The position numbers and the translations under genes were made by a program. Under the pieces are notes generated by a model. That model worked only from the letters and a program-made list of their open reading frames with translations. It was not told where the DNA came from and did not search any database. From Nitrososphaerota archaeon (GTDB lineage Archaea > Thermoproteota > Nitrososphaeria > Nitrososphaerales > Nitrosopumilaceae): DNA of 64,000 bases. Shown piece after piece: positions 9,515-19,249 of the stretch (its first letter is position 1; each line of letters starts with the position of its first letter). Location: positions 1,172,149 through 1,236,148 of the forward strand of contig JAGWFT010000001.1 in NCBI GenBank assembly GCA_028867755.1, in the 5' to 3' direction.

Positions 9515-11143
9515 TTGGAATTAGACACTATAGCTCTTGCTACCCTCGCAAGTTTGGGCAGAGTTATGGCTTTGATTCTAGTTTCCATAGTTAGCGGCTG
9601 GTTTCTTTCCTATGTCGCAATAAAGAGTCGAAAATTCGAAAACATCTACATTTCATTTGTAAACATATTTGAGTCAATTCCAGTGATAGGTTTTCTCCCA
9701 ATCGTTTTGGTAGTCTTCATTTCAGGACTTGGAGGAACGCTGGGAGTAGAGGTTGCCGCAGACTTTCTTGTCTTTGATGCAATAGTCTGGAACATCTGGA
9801 TTGGACAATATCAAGCATTCAAGACAATTCCACAACCTCTCATAGAAGTTTCTGAAAACTATGGTTTTGGATGGTGGGGTAAGATGAAAAGCCTTTACAT
9901 ACCGTTTTCATATCCAAGGGTTTCATCTGATATATTTCCAAGTTTTGCTGATGCATTGTTCTACATCATGATAAGCGAGGTATTTTCAGTTGGAATAACT
10001 GCATACAAGGTCTTTGGTATTGGCACCTTGATAGTTCAAGCTACGTCCGCAGGAGATCTAAATAGTGTGTATGAGTGCTTGGGTGTTCTGGCAATAGGAG
10101 TTGTTTTGATTACTCTGGCATTTAGCAATTTCAGCAAGTATGCGGTTGCAAAATATGGCCTCAATACATCAACAGAGATTAAACGACACGTACGTTACTG
10201 GAGACCTCACATCATAAGATGGCGTCCTACCGCCAGTCCAACATTTCAGTTTGCACGATACACCACTAAAATGAGAGCCGGAAGAGAAAACATACAATCA
10301 GCAATGACCAAAGTGCGGGCAAGCCACTCATTTGAAAGAACAGGAAAATACATCGGTACGGCAATAGCGTGGCTCTTTCTCATCTTCATCGGATATTCGT
10401 CAATTCAAGTTATGTTATCTGTCCCTCACTCACAGTGGATTAACTACTTTGCACAGACACCAAATCTTTTGTATCAGATGGGAATTGACTACATAAGGGT
10501 ACTTGTTGTTACAGTAGTCTCGTTTGTCTTTGCAATATCACTTGGATACTACCTTACAGTTCATAAGAGAATAAGCATAGCGTCGCTGCCAATAATACAA
10601 ACAATCTCAGCTTTTCCAGCACCTGCTTATTTTCCACTAGTCTTTGCTGCAACAGCATCATTTTTAGCACATACTATACCATTTGCAGAAACTGAGATCT
10701 TTGTCATGATCTTGTGTTTTCTTGGTACGTTTTACTATGTATTTTTTGGATTCTGGGTTGGAGTAAGAGCTATACCAGTAGAGTTTCTAGAATTGACACA
10801 AAATTACAAGATAGGCTTTTTCACCAAGATGAGGAGGATAATTATTCCAGCAACTTTTCCGTATCTAGTTACTGGCCTTTCAAGTACGATTAACAGTGCA
10901 TGGGGTGGATTGGCAGTAGCCGAGTACTGGCCTAACATCTTCGGGAACCAAACTCTACAGGTACATACAGGCATGATGAAAATAATCTCTGCAGGTCTTG
11001 TCAATGGGAATATAGGACTTGCAGCTTGGGCCTCATTACTATTTGCCATCGTAGTTGGCGTTTACAGCATAGTATTTACAAGAAATCTAATGGATCTTGC
11101 GCGCAAAAAGTACGTAATAGAAGAGGGGATCTACGCCGCATAA
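9515..11143 (+). CDS. ABC transporter permease with two fused TM domains, NitT/TauT family
   Basis: Two similar halves each with an EAA-like loop (EVSENYG, ELTQNYK); follows the ATPase. Confidence 0.88.
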   Translation: MELDTIALATLASLGRVMALILVSIVSGWFLSYVAIKSRKFENIYISFVNIFESIPVIGFLPIVLVVFISGLGGTLGVEVAADFLVFDAIVWNIWIGQYQAFKTIPQPLIEVSENYGFGWWGKMKSLYIPFSYPRVSSDIFPSFADALFYIMISEVFSVGITAYKVFGIGTLIVQATSAGDLNSVYECLGVLAIGVVLITLAFSNFSKYAVAKYGLNTSTEIKRHVRYWRPHIIRWRPTASPTFQFARYTTKMRAGRENIQSAMTKVRASHSFERTGKYIGTAIAWLFLIFIGYSSIQVMLSVPHSQWINYFAQTPNLLYQMGIDYIRVLVVTVVSFVFAISLGYYLTVHKRISIASLPIIQTISAFPAPAYFPLVFAATASFLAHTIPFAETEIFVMILCFLGTFYYVFFGFWVGVRAIPVEFLELTQNYKIGFFTKMRRIIIPATFPYLVTGLSSTINSAWGGLAVAEYWPNIFGNQTLQVHTGMMKIISAGLVNGNIGLAAWASLLFAIVVGVYSIVFTRNLMDLARKKYVIEEGIYAA

Positions 11144-11286
11144 ACCAAAAGCAGATGAGTAATCCACGATTAATAAGATTCAATGTTTTAAACTAATCTC
11201 TTATTTTGTTTCCATTTATTTTATGAAATTCGATCAACTTCAATAAAACTGACTCTAATTAGGCATAAATTCAAAATATCTCTATT

Positions 11287-13059
11287 TTGTATAGAAAATC
11301 AAAGGTTCATAAATCGAATTCACTAACTCTCGGAGAATTGCAGACCGTGAAAGAATTTGGAACCCTAGAGTATGTTTTAGACACATATTCAAAAAACTGG
11401 ACTTGGAAACTAACTGGCTCAAGAGCTGTTAGCATGGTTGCTCGAGTTATACCCCAGGCGTGGTATGGAGATGGTCCTGATGAAGCAATAGTACCTGATA
11501 CAGAACACAATGTTCAGAAAATTAAATGGATAATGGAGACCTATCCTCTTGAGATAAGATCTAGAAACATTTGGCAGAGAAAGACAAGGCACATGAAAGT
11601 ACCAAAAAGAAAATGGACGAGAATAGAAAAATTACGAAAAGCAAATCCAGATGAACAATTTAGGGGGACTCTGCTTAATTTCCAAAGAGAGGGATTAGAC
11701 TTTTTGCTAAAATCTTCCGGTAATGCACTATTAGCTGACGAGATGGGATTGGGCAAAACTGTGCAAACCTTAGCATATCTTGCAACAGAAAGACAAACAT
11801 TTCCAGCTCTTATTGTTGCCCCTCTTGTGACTTTGAGCAACTGGCAAAGAGAGATTCAAAAGTTTCTCAAAAGAAGAAGCAGAAACGGAAGAATAATTGA
11901 TTTAGAGTATCCGACATCAGTTTTAATTCGTACTGGAAAATCACAGGAGATAGGCAAGCATGACATTTACATCATAAACTATGATCTACTGTACAAGAGA
12001 CTAGATGATCTTTCCAAGTTGAACATAAAGACTCTTGTGTGCGACGAGGTCCAACATCTCCGTTCAAAATCAACCAAGAAATATTCTGCCGTAAAAAAAC
12101 TTGCTACAATGGAATCTGTAAAATATAGAATTGGATTGTCTGGTACTCCAATCTATAACAGAGGTTCAGAGATTTGGCCCATAGTAGACATACTTAGACC
12201 TGGTCTACTTGGAAGCTTTGAGGAGTTTTGCGAATATTTTTGCTATGTTAACGAAAAAGGCAAGGCGATAGTTCTTGAAAACAAGCGCGCTAGCCTAGGA
12301 GAAGAATTAAGAAAGCATGTAATGTTAAGGCGCAAAAAATCAGATGTACTAAAAGAGTTGAAAGAAAAGGTACGATACAAGGAATTCATAGAATCTGATA
12401 TCAACTATTATCATGCCGAGCTTGATAAGATATGGAAGAGATTAGAGGAAGAGCAAAAGGCCGCAACTTCAGCATTTGATAAGTTTTCATCATACAAAAG
12501 GGCAATCCAGAGTGAGAGACAGGCAGCAGGAGCTGCTAAAGTTCCCCATGTTATCGAGTTTGTCAAAAACATTATGGAGATAGAAGAGAGTGTTGTAGTA
12601 TTTTGTCATCACAAGGCAATTCATGGATTGTTGCACAAGAGCCTTCATGAGTATTCACCATCTTCAATCATAGGAGGACAAACAGACAAGGACAGACAAA
12701 ATAACATAGACAGGTTCCAAAATGGAGAGACAAAGCTAATGATAGCAGGACTCAGAGCAGGTAATGTTGGAATCAACCTTAGCAGAGCAAGATATGTCAT
12801 ATTTGCAGAACTTGATTGGAGCCCGGCAATTCACAGACAGGCCGAAGATAGACTACATAGAATAGGCCAGAAAAACACGGTATTTGCATATTACCTGATA
12901 GGCAATGGGACGCTAGATGATCACGTGGCAAATGTACTAGTTGACAAGAGTTATGAGATTGATGCCATCATGGATGAGAAAGAAGAGCCTTTTGAGAACA
13001 AAGACAAGGCAGAGCTTATCTTGGCTCAAATTCATGACAAGCTTTCAGCCAAACGCTAG
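11287..13059 (+). CDS. SNF2/SWI2-family helicase-like ATPase (stand-alone)
   Basis: LADEMGLGKT, DEVQ, LSGTPIYN, GINL, QAEDRLHRIGQ motifs. Confidence 0.92.
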   Translation: MYRKSKVHKSNSLTLGELQTVKEFGTLEYVLDTYSKNWTWKLTGSRAVSMVARVIPQAWYGDGPDEAIVPDTEHNVQKIKWIMETYPLEIRSRNIWQRKTRHMKVPKRKWTRIEKLRKANPDEQFRGTLLNFQREGLDFLLKSSGNALLADEMGLGKTVQTLAYLATERQTFPALIVAPLVTLSNWQREIQKFLKRRSRNGRIIDLEYPTSVLIRTGKSQEIGKHDIYIINYDLLYKRLDDLSKLNIKTLVCDEVQHLRSKSTKKYSAVKKLATMESVKYRIGLSGTPIYNRGSEIWPIVDILRPGLLGSFEEFCEYFCYVNEKGKAIVLENKRASLGEELRKHVMLRRKKSDVLKELKEKVRYKEFIESDINYYHAELDKIWKRLEEEQKAATSAFDKFSSYKRAIQSERQAAGAAKVPHVIEFVKNIMEIEESVVVFCHHKAIHGLLHKSLHEYSPSSIIGGQTDKDRQNNIDRFQNGETKLMIAGLRAGNVGINLSRARYVIFAELDWSPAIHRQAEDRLHRIGQKNTVFAYYLIGNGTLDDHVANVLVDKSYEIDAIMDEKEEPFENKDKAELILAQIHDKLSAKR

Positions 13060-13276
13060 ATTCTTTATTCTTCGCGTATCTCGTATTTGTCAAAAAAGTC
13101 TTGTCCTTCTCCCAGTCCTTGTTTGAGAAATGACTCTAGTTTTTTTATTACATCTGCACGATTCATTCTTCCTTCTGTAGATACATAATATTCTGCATGT
13201 GACTCGCGAAATTTCTTGTAGTTTATCCCTTTTGTCATCACATATCATACTACGGAATAATATATAATAAGAGATC

Positions 13277-14014
13277 TTATCGTCGCAGTTTTTTTGCTTT
13301 TTCAATACACTTGGTGCCTTCGCTTTTTCTTTCTAGTTTGAGTAAAAGATTTCCCTTGTTATACCAAGCATTGGCAAAATCTGGATCAAACTTTGTTGCC
13401 TTGTCAAACGATTCCAGTGCTTCATCGTATCTTTTTAGATTGTAAAGACAGACACCATTTAGGTTCCATATTGCTGCATGTCTTGGGTTAATTACCAGTG
13501 CTTTGTCAAAGGACTCCAATGCTTCATCATACCTTTTCATGTCAGAAAGGCAAATACCCTTGAGGTTCCACGCACTCATAGAGTTAGGTTCGATCTCAAG
13601 CACTTTATCATAGCATACCAATGCTTCCTCGTGTCTTTTCAGATTGGAGAGGCAGTCTCCTTTCCTAAGCCATGCATTTGTGTATCTGGGTAATTGCATA
13701 GTCACTTTGTCATAGTATGCAACAGCCTCATCATACTTGCGGCTGGCAAAAAGCGCTTCAGCTTGATCATACAATGATACAGCATCCTCAGGATACAAAT
13801 CAGCAAATTTTTTGCTTGATTTTGCCTCTACTTTGTGTTGATTTCGTAATGTGTGGTATGCATCTGCAATTAGTTTGAATTGAACATCATCTTTTTTTGA
13901 AGAATTCTTATCAGGATGGTATTGAAGTACAAGTTTTCGATATGCTGCCTGTATCTCTTTCATAGACGAGTCTGACTTTATACCCAGAATCTCATAACAT
14001 TTTGAGATATTCAA
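13277..14014 (-). CDS. J-domain (DnaJ) plus TPR repeat protein
   Basis: N-terminal J-domain with HPD motif followed by about 4-5 TPR repeats. Confidence 0.92.
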   Translation of the reverse strand: MNISKCYEILGIKSDSSMKEIQAAYRKLVLQYHPDKNSSKKDDVQFKLIADAYHTLRNQHKVEAKSSKKFADLYPEDAVSLYDQAEALFASRKYDEAVAYYDKVTMQLPRYTNAWLRKGDCLSNLKRHEEALVCYDKVLEIEPNSMSAWNLKGICLSDMKRYDEALESFDKALVINPRHAAIWNLNGVCLYNLKRYDEALESFDKATKFDPDFANAWYNKGNLLLKLERKSEGTKCIEKAKKLRR

Positions 14015-14261
14015 TGCGTATCACCTTTCAGAGCATTCAGCTCTAAATCTAGTTTGCAAAAACTTCCATTAAATTGGGCTTCCACGACATAACATTACTA
14101 ATTTTAGCATGTATAAATGTAAAAACTTCTACTTTATGTAACATTTAACAATAATCCAAACTATATGGATGAAATTTTACTTGTGTTGAATTTTCTTTAA
14201 TTCAAAGTATCAAAAAAATTATTCCTAAGAAATAAATTTAAAAATATTTTAGCGAAGTGAA

Positions 14262-14426
14262 ATGGTAAATCAAACAATAAGTGAACTTGTCAAAATGGCT
14301 GATAGGATAGTAATTGACCAAGTAAAGGGAAAGAAAGTGACTTTGAAGATAAGCTGGTTTGATCTCAAAGGAGCAAGAAAATCAAAAAAGTTTTTGCTAG
14401 AAGAAAAGGAAAAGATCGAGTTTTAG
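14262..14426 (+). CDS. Small basic hypothetical protein (54 aa, missed by ORF track)
   Basis: Manual translation MVNQTISELVKMADRIVIDQVKGKKVTLKISWFDLKGARKSKKFLLEEKEKIEF; AT-rich promoter upstream, T-run downstream. Confidence 0.65.
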   Translation: MVNQTISELVKMADRIVIDQVKGKKVTLKISWFDLKGARKSKKFLLEEKEKIEF

Positions 14427-14544
14427 ATCTTACCTAATCACCTTTTTTGTTTTATTTGCGATCTGATTTTTATTAAAAAATTCCTCTTGTTTCATAGAAT
14501 AAAAATTTTGTTCATAAATCAGTCCTAGTACTAATATAAACAAA

Positions 14545-14695
14545 AAAGATATTTCCAAGCACGGCGAACTTTCTTGTTTGTGAAGACAAGAACTCAGACT
14601 CACCACCATGGTCTGAACGATCTACCCCCCACAGACAAGGAACGCCTACATTTGATGAGCCAGGCATTGTACGAACAGACGCCATGAGACAGAAG
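14545..14695 (-). ncRNA. Candidate structured non-coding RNA (about 150 nt)
   Basis: Closing stem 14560-66/14680-86 plus three internal hairpins. Three G.U wobbles favour the minus strand. TTATAAAA upstream and a U6 tract downstream. Confidence 0.45.
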
Positions 14696-14847
14696 GGCAA
14701 GTCTTGTTACATATTTTTTATAACATCTAGCGAAATGCCCAAAACTTGTGATGACGTAATATCATTTGATGAGCTTTGTGCTCTATAACAGAAAAAAAGG
14801 CATGTATAGAAAGTTGTTTGTACTGTATTCTAGTGATTATGAAATAG

Positions 14848-15156
14848 ATGACGATGAAGACTAATACAATAATAAAACCATCAATAAACGTCATAAATAA
14901 GATATGTTTCATTTTATCCATGAATAAACACGAAACCAACAAAAAACTTCTTGATAAATTTACTCTAAGCCAGTTACATGATTTTTGCAAGACACATAAA
15001 AGAGAGATGAGCGCAATTGACTATAATGACAGAGTAATTCTTGGCGAATCAGATCCTGAAATAATAAAGAAACGATTCATCCCATACATGGTTGGCTTTT
15101 TTGATCAATCTGAAATCGTAGAATACGCTAGAAAATTCCAAATAAAGATAGACTAG
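14848..15156 (+). CDS. Small helical hypothetical protein (probable true start 14920); paralogue of 32485-32829
   Basis: LLDKFTLSQLHDFC...SEIVEYARK pattern shared with the 32485 ORF. Confidence 0.7.
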   Translation: MTMKTNTIIKPSINVINKICFILSMNKHETNKKLLDKFTLSQLHDFCKTHKREMSAIDYNDRVILGESDPEIIKKRFIPYMVGFFDQSEIVEYARKFQIKID

Positions 15157-15174
15157 TTCTGAGAAATTAAATCC

Positions 15175-15831
15175 CTACTGCCCTAACGAAGACTGGTTAT
15201 TTCCTGTAGAATTTGTTGCATTAATAGACTTGGTAGAATTGTCTCCCATTCCAATATTACCTGAATATAACAGTCCTGCTACAGACATTCGTGCTTGAAC
15301 CAGCATCAGTTGTTGCTTGACATCTCCATAATTTTGTGTCAACTGACAATCCCACTTGCCTTTTCCAAATACAAGATTTGAAAATTCTTCAAGGTTGTAA
15401 TTTTTCTCATAAGAATATGGTATTAACCCCAACACCTTGGTTTTTATCAAAAGCGTTGAATTAAAATCAGTGCCAGTTTCATTTGATATGGTCCAATCGA
15501 CAAATGTCTTCATGGCATCAAAGTCTACAAAACTTAATGTTCCCTGTAACTTTTCTTGGGAATAAGGTTGGATGGTTTTTCCTGTCATCTCAAGTGAACC
15601 ATAATCATTTGAGATACCATGCATGTCAGATTCTATGCTCTCAACAGTTACAGGCACAAAAGACGGGTTACACACAGCCAAATTAACATCTATTTCAGAT
15701 GCACTAACTTGACCTAGTCCGCCTCCAGCAAACTCGAGGCCTCTTGCTGACTGGGACACTTCAATGTATAGTCCTGTTATTACCACTGCCATTATCACAC
15801 CAAATATTGCCAGAGATCTTTTCAAAACCAC
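15175..15831 (-). CDS. Membrane-anchored LEA_2/WHy-like domain protein
   Basis: N-terminal TM anchor and VCNPSFVPVTVESI resembling the NPN motif of LEA_2 domains. Confidence 0.6.
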   Translation of the reverse strand: MVLKRSLAIFGVIMAVVITGLYIEVSQSARGLEFAGGGLGQVSASEIDVNLAVCNPSFVPVTVESIESDMHGISNDYGSLEMTGKTIQPYSQEKLQGTLSFVDFDAMKTFVDWTISNETGTDFNSTLLIKTKVLGLIPYSYEKNYNLEEFSNLVFGKGKWDCQLTQNYGDVKQQLMLVQARMSVAGLLYSGNIGMGDNSTKSINATNSTGNNQSSLGQ

Positions 15832-16081
15832 ACTAGATTATCCAAATGTCAATAAATTTCTTGATGGAGTCTGAGAGAAAAAACACTAAAAAAACAAATT
15901 GCAACTCTAAATGCCGCAATCAAAAAACTAGAAACAAAATAGAAATTCTTCAGATTCACGTATTTACCTCAAGTGAGATAAAAGACCAAAGCAATGACGG
16001 AAACCTTGAATTGTCAGTCTATTCCCGGTTGTTCATGGATACGTTGTTTGTGTCGATGATCTGTATGAGGAATACCATACC

Positions 16082-16336
16082 ATGAAACGTGGATACGGTA
16101 TCCTGATAACTGGCGCAGGAATGCTAGTTATTGGTCGTTTTCTTTCACAATGGATAGTAAACAGCATACCCACCATCAATCCCTCACACTCATCCATGAT
16201 GGCAGACGCCCAATATCACATGTTGTCATGGAGTAACCAACTAGATACAATCAGCCAGTGGGGGATAATTGTTCTTGTCATAGGCGGATTTGTGACTGTA
16301 CTTGATAGAATAAAAAAACCAAAGACATCTCTCTAA
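16082..16336 (+). CDS. Small two-TM membrane protein
   Basis: Two hydrophobic helices and a basic C-terminal tail. Confidence 0.7.
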   Translation: MKRGYGILITGAGMLVIGRFLSQWIVNSIPTINPSHSSMMADAQYHMLSWSNQLDTISQWGIIVLVIGGFVTVLDRIKKPKTSL

Positions 16337-16358
16337 ATCCTTAAATCAAATTACGGAT

Positions 16359-16628
16359 ATGTTACATAACATGTCTGCAAAAACAATCGGAATTATACTG
16401 GCCGGTTTTGTCGGCGGTGTGATCGCAATAGGAATTGCAATGTCAGCTGGATCCGGATGGGAGCAGCCAGGTACGTATACAGGAGTAAGCAATGCAGCAC
16501 ACACTGTAAACGACTCTGCACATTGTTATGCATTTCAGACTGGATGTAGTGTTTCAAACTATGGTACAACCACATCTGCTTCAGACAATAGTGGAGCAGC
16601 TTTAAGTGGCAGTTATGGCGGCCCATAG
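16359..16628 (+). CDS. Small membrane-anchored/secreted protein
   Basis: N-terminal hydrophobic segment; Ser/Gly/Thr-rich region with a Cys pair. Confidence 0.65.
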   Translation: MLHNMSAKTIGIILAGFVGGVIAIGIAMSAGSGWEQPGTYTGVSNAAHTVNDSAHCYAFQTGCSVSNYGTTTSASDNSGAALSGSYGGP

Positions 16629-16703
16629 ATAAAATCCTAATTATTTTTTAGTTTGAACTGTTAGTTGGCACAGTTTTTCAAGCAGTTTTCTTAATTACGT
16701 AGA

Positions 16704-16865
16704 TTAGTGTTTTATCGAAAGAATCTTGTCGCATTCTTTGCATATGATAAGATTTTCTTTTTTATCAATGCTATCAGAACCGCATCTTATACAGATAAGA
16801 ATGTGCTTTCTTGAGTTTTTCATGCCAAAAAAGTTCAAAAGATCATGCTTACGACTTGATGCCAT
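16704..16865 (-). CDS. Zinc-ribbon microprotein (start uncertain: 16865 or 16823)
   Basis: CIRCGS...CKECDK, i.e. two CxxC motifs. Confidence 0.6.
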   Translation of the reverse strand: MASSRKHDLLNFFGMKNSRKHILICIRCGSDSIDKKENLIICKECDKILSIKH

Positions 16866-17156
16866 TTGTACCAAGATCGAATAGTCACGATATAATTTAA
16901 TCACTAGGTATGCATTGAATTGCACTGCAAACATTTTAGAGATTTCTGACTACAGGCAAAAGATTTGGTGCTGGGATCTAAAAAATATGTCTCCATGCCT
17001 ATTTTAAATAATAAACATGGAGGTAGCGAATGATTGTTTAGCCGATTAAGTTGGGCTAGAGTCTGTAATCGCTCGGAGGTAAGCTCTGACACTTGGTTTT
17101 TGCATCGTATAATTAGTTTTAAAGATTCAATTCAAATTGTTACAGCTATAAATCAA

Positions 17157-17375
17157 TTATAGTTTAACGCCTTTTTTGGAATTTTTTAACTTTTTCTTGT
17201 CAAGTTGTCTGATTCCAAAACCTGCAAAAAAGAGCAGCCATCCAAAAATTGTTACAGTTCCCAAGGTACCTTTTATAGACTGGAAGTTTGCTGCGTTTGA
17301 AAAAGCTGAAGAGAGTATCCAGTTTACAACCTGCATAGCAAGACCAATTGCCATGATGATTGTACCACGTTGCAT
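17157..17375 (-). CDS. Small two-TM membrane protein, paralogue-like to 16082-16336
   Basis: MQRG start, two TM helices, LDKKK tail. Confidence 0.7.
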   Translation of the reverse strand: MQRGTIIMAIGLAMQVVNWILSSAFSNAANFQSIKGTLGTVTIFGWLLFFAGFGIRQLDKKKLKNSKKGVKL

Positions 17376-17488
17376 ACAGTCATAGATTTCATACAGATCT
17401 TAAAGGTTCCTCAATAAATTACGAAGCAATTTAGAATATGGACTCCATCTAGCCCCACCTTAAAATACGATTTCTGTGTAATTATATC

Positions 17489-17842
17489 ATGCAAGGTTCA
17501 AGTGCGCTAGATAATTATGATTTAAGAAAAGCACATCAAGCTTTGAAAATGCTTCTTATCGATAGAAGTAATGAGTTTCGCATACTTGCTCTAGGCATAG
17601 GGTATCCAATCAATACCAAAGACTGGGAATTAATAGTCCTGAATTTTTGCCTTGACTTTATAGAGTGTTTTCATACATGGTCAGATGATAATCCGCCTGA
17701 TCATTATCATATTCACAAGTGTATGACACAGATGAGGCAGATGGCTAGAGGAAAATCAACCATGACTGAAGTCACACATCTTCAAAATACCGCATACCTA
17801 ATTGCAGAGGATTTTAAAGCAATTTACAAGAGAATGGAATAG
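17489..17842 (+). CDS. Hypothetical protein
   Basis: 117-aa ORF with a helical, protein-like sequence. Confidence 0.75.
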   Translation: MQGSSALDNYDLRKAHQALKMLLIDRSNEFRILALGIGYPINTKDWELIVLNFCLDFIECFHTWSDDNPPDHYHIHKCMTQMRQMARGKSTMTEVTHLQNTAYLIAEDFKAIYKRME

Positions 17843-17904
17843 GGCCTTTTTAGAAATTTAACATAGTGATTCTTTTTACATTTTAGACTCAAGTTTACTC
17901 TTTT

Positions 17905-18087
17905 TTATCGAATAAGATAGAAACAATTCCATTTCATATGAGGAATTGATTGCATACTAGGCTGTACACAGTGTAGGATGTAATGTTCTGGCATATGTGG
18001 CGTTACAAGGAAATGCACTGTAGCAATTGCAGTTCCTATTCCAATTAATACTGAAATTATTGATATCGCAATAACCGATTTATTCAC
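17905..18087 (-). CDS. Small single-TM protein
   Basis: N-terminal TM helix; His/Met/Cys-rich tail. Confidence 0.5.
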   Translation of the reverse strand: MNKSVIAISIISVLIGIGTAIATVHFLVTPHMPEHYILHCVQPSMQSIPHMKWNCFYLIR

Positions 18088-18188
18088 AATATAATTACGT
18101 CAGCATTAACTTTAAGGATTCTTCAACAAATCATAACGCATTCTATAACGTAGTGTTGATGTGTTTTCGCAGAGCAGGCAGACTAATG

Positions 18189-18848
18189 TCAGCTGACACT
18201 TTCTTGATACGAGCTTGAAACCTGACCATCGTATAGCGCTTCAAGTGCACCTTCATCGCATTCTGAAATTTGCGAGATAGTTGGATCAACCTCTGGGTAC
18301 ATGATATCACCATACAAGGTAGAGTGCCCAAGACCCAATGCATGACCAAACTCGTGTCTTACTACCGCACCAAATTCTTCATCGGTAAGATGATCTACTT
18401 GAAATATAACGATACGTGCGTTTGTTACCATTTCACCCGTTCGAGTAAACGTAGTCAGACCAGAATATCCTAGTTCATTCTTGTCTGTTGTCAATATGAT
18501 AGTTATCTGAGATATATCATTAGACGAGTTTGTTATCTTGATGTTCTCTGGAACAAAAAATAAATGATGATTAGCAGAGGCCTTGAGCAGTACTCCTTCC
18601 CAACCTATGAAGACCAACTTTCCATCGTGCTCATAAGAACCTGTTGAGAATATGGCTTCTTTTAGCATGTTAATTTTATCAGTAGATACTGGCTGGTTTG
18701 CAACAATCTTGATTAGTAATGGGTTATTGTTTGGTACCACAAGAGGAAAATGTGTGGTTATTTTGTCGTATTCTTGTTGAGACCAGACATTTGTAGGAAT
18801 GATGCACAAGAATGCAAAAACTGGAACAAGAAAGACTGATTTCCACAT
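18189..18848 (-). CDS. Secreted matrixin-family (metzincin) zinc metalloprotease
   Basis: Signal peptide, HEFGHALGLGH (HExxHxxGxxH), Met-turn DIMYP. Confidence 0.9.
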   Translation of the reverse strand: MWKSVFLVPVFAFLCIIPTNVWSQQEYDKITTHFPLVVPNNNPLLIKIVANQPVSTDKINMLKEAIFSTGSYEHDGKLVFIGWEGVLLKASANHHLFFVPENIKITNSSNDISQITIILTTDKNELGYSGLTTFTRTGEMVTNARIVIFQVDHLTDEEFGAVVRHEFGHALGLGHSTLYGDIMYPEVDPTISQISECDEGALEALYDGQVSSSYQESVS

Positions 18849-18982
18849 TTGGAAAATAGATCGTGATAAACAAGATAGGATCCATTGTGTAATAGTAAGT
18901 TACATACTGCAAATGATGTCTTTGTTTTACAGAATGAGACAAAGTTTGACGTTGTAATGGTTTTTCTTACCTTTGAGAGTCA

Positions 18983-19249
18983 TTAGTAATCTGAAAATTT
19001 CTTATTCCATTCGTTTGACCATTTCCTAATGAAAGGGACTGGAAGTATAATGAAAATCACCAAACCACCAATTAGACCATAAGGCCATGGAAAAATTATT
19101 TGAAGAACTATGCTAGATGCCAATGTTATGGGTATGAAAATCAGTCCAAACACAAGCTTTTCAATTCTATAAAATGCATAAATCCAAACATACGGTAGCA
19201 AACAAAGAATGGTTTGTACATTTACATTCACAGGTTCTTGTTTTACCAT
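18983..19249 (-). CDS. Small membrane protein, translationally coupled to the upstream nuclease-like gene
   Basis: 2-3 TM helices; start codon overlaps the 3' end of 19243-19764. Confidence 0.7.
   Translation of the reverse strand: MVKQEPVNVNVQTILCLLPYVWIYAFYRIEKLVFGLIFIPITLASSIVLQIIFPWPYGLIGGLVIFIILPVPFIRKWSNEWNKKFSDY

Noticed and set aside
11287-14014. SNF2 helicase plus J-TPR as an antiviral system
   Set aside because: The genes are convergent, with no methylase, nuclease or other defence partner adjacent; both types are common in this lineage.
14640-14700. Hammerhead ribozyme or C/D box sRNA suggested by TTGATGAG on the plus strand
   Set aside because: No GAAA core with stems II/III and no downstream CTGA D box; the wobble pairs favour the opposite strand.
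15846-16085. 79-aa plus-strand ORF
   Set aside because: Low-complexity Lys/Asn start, overlaps the promoter region of the divergent gene, no recognisable features.
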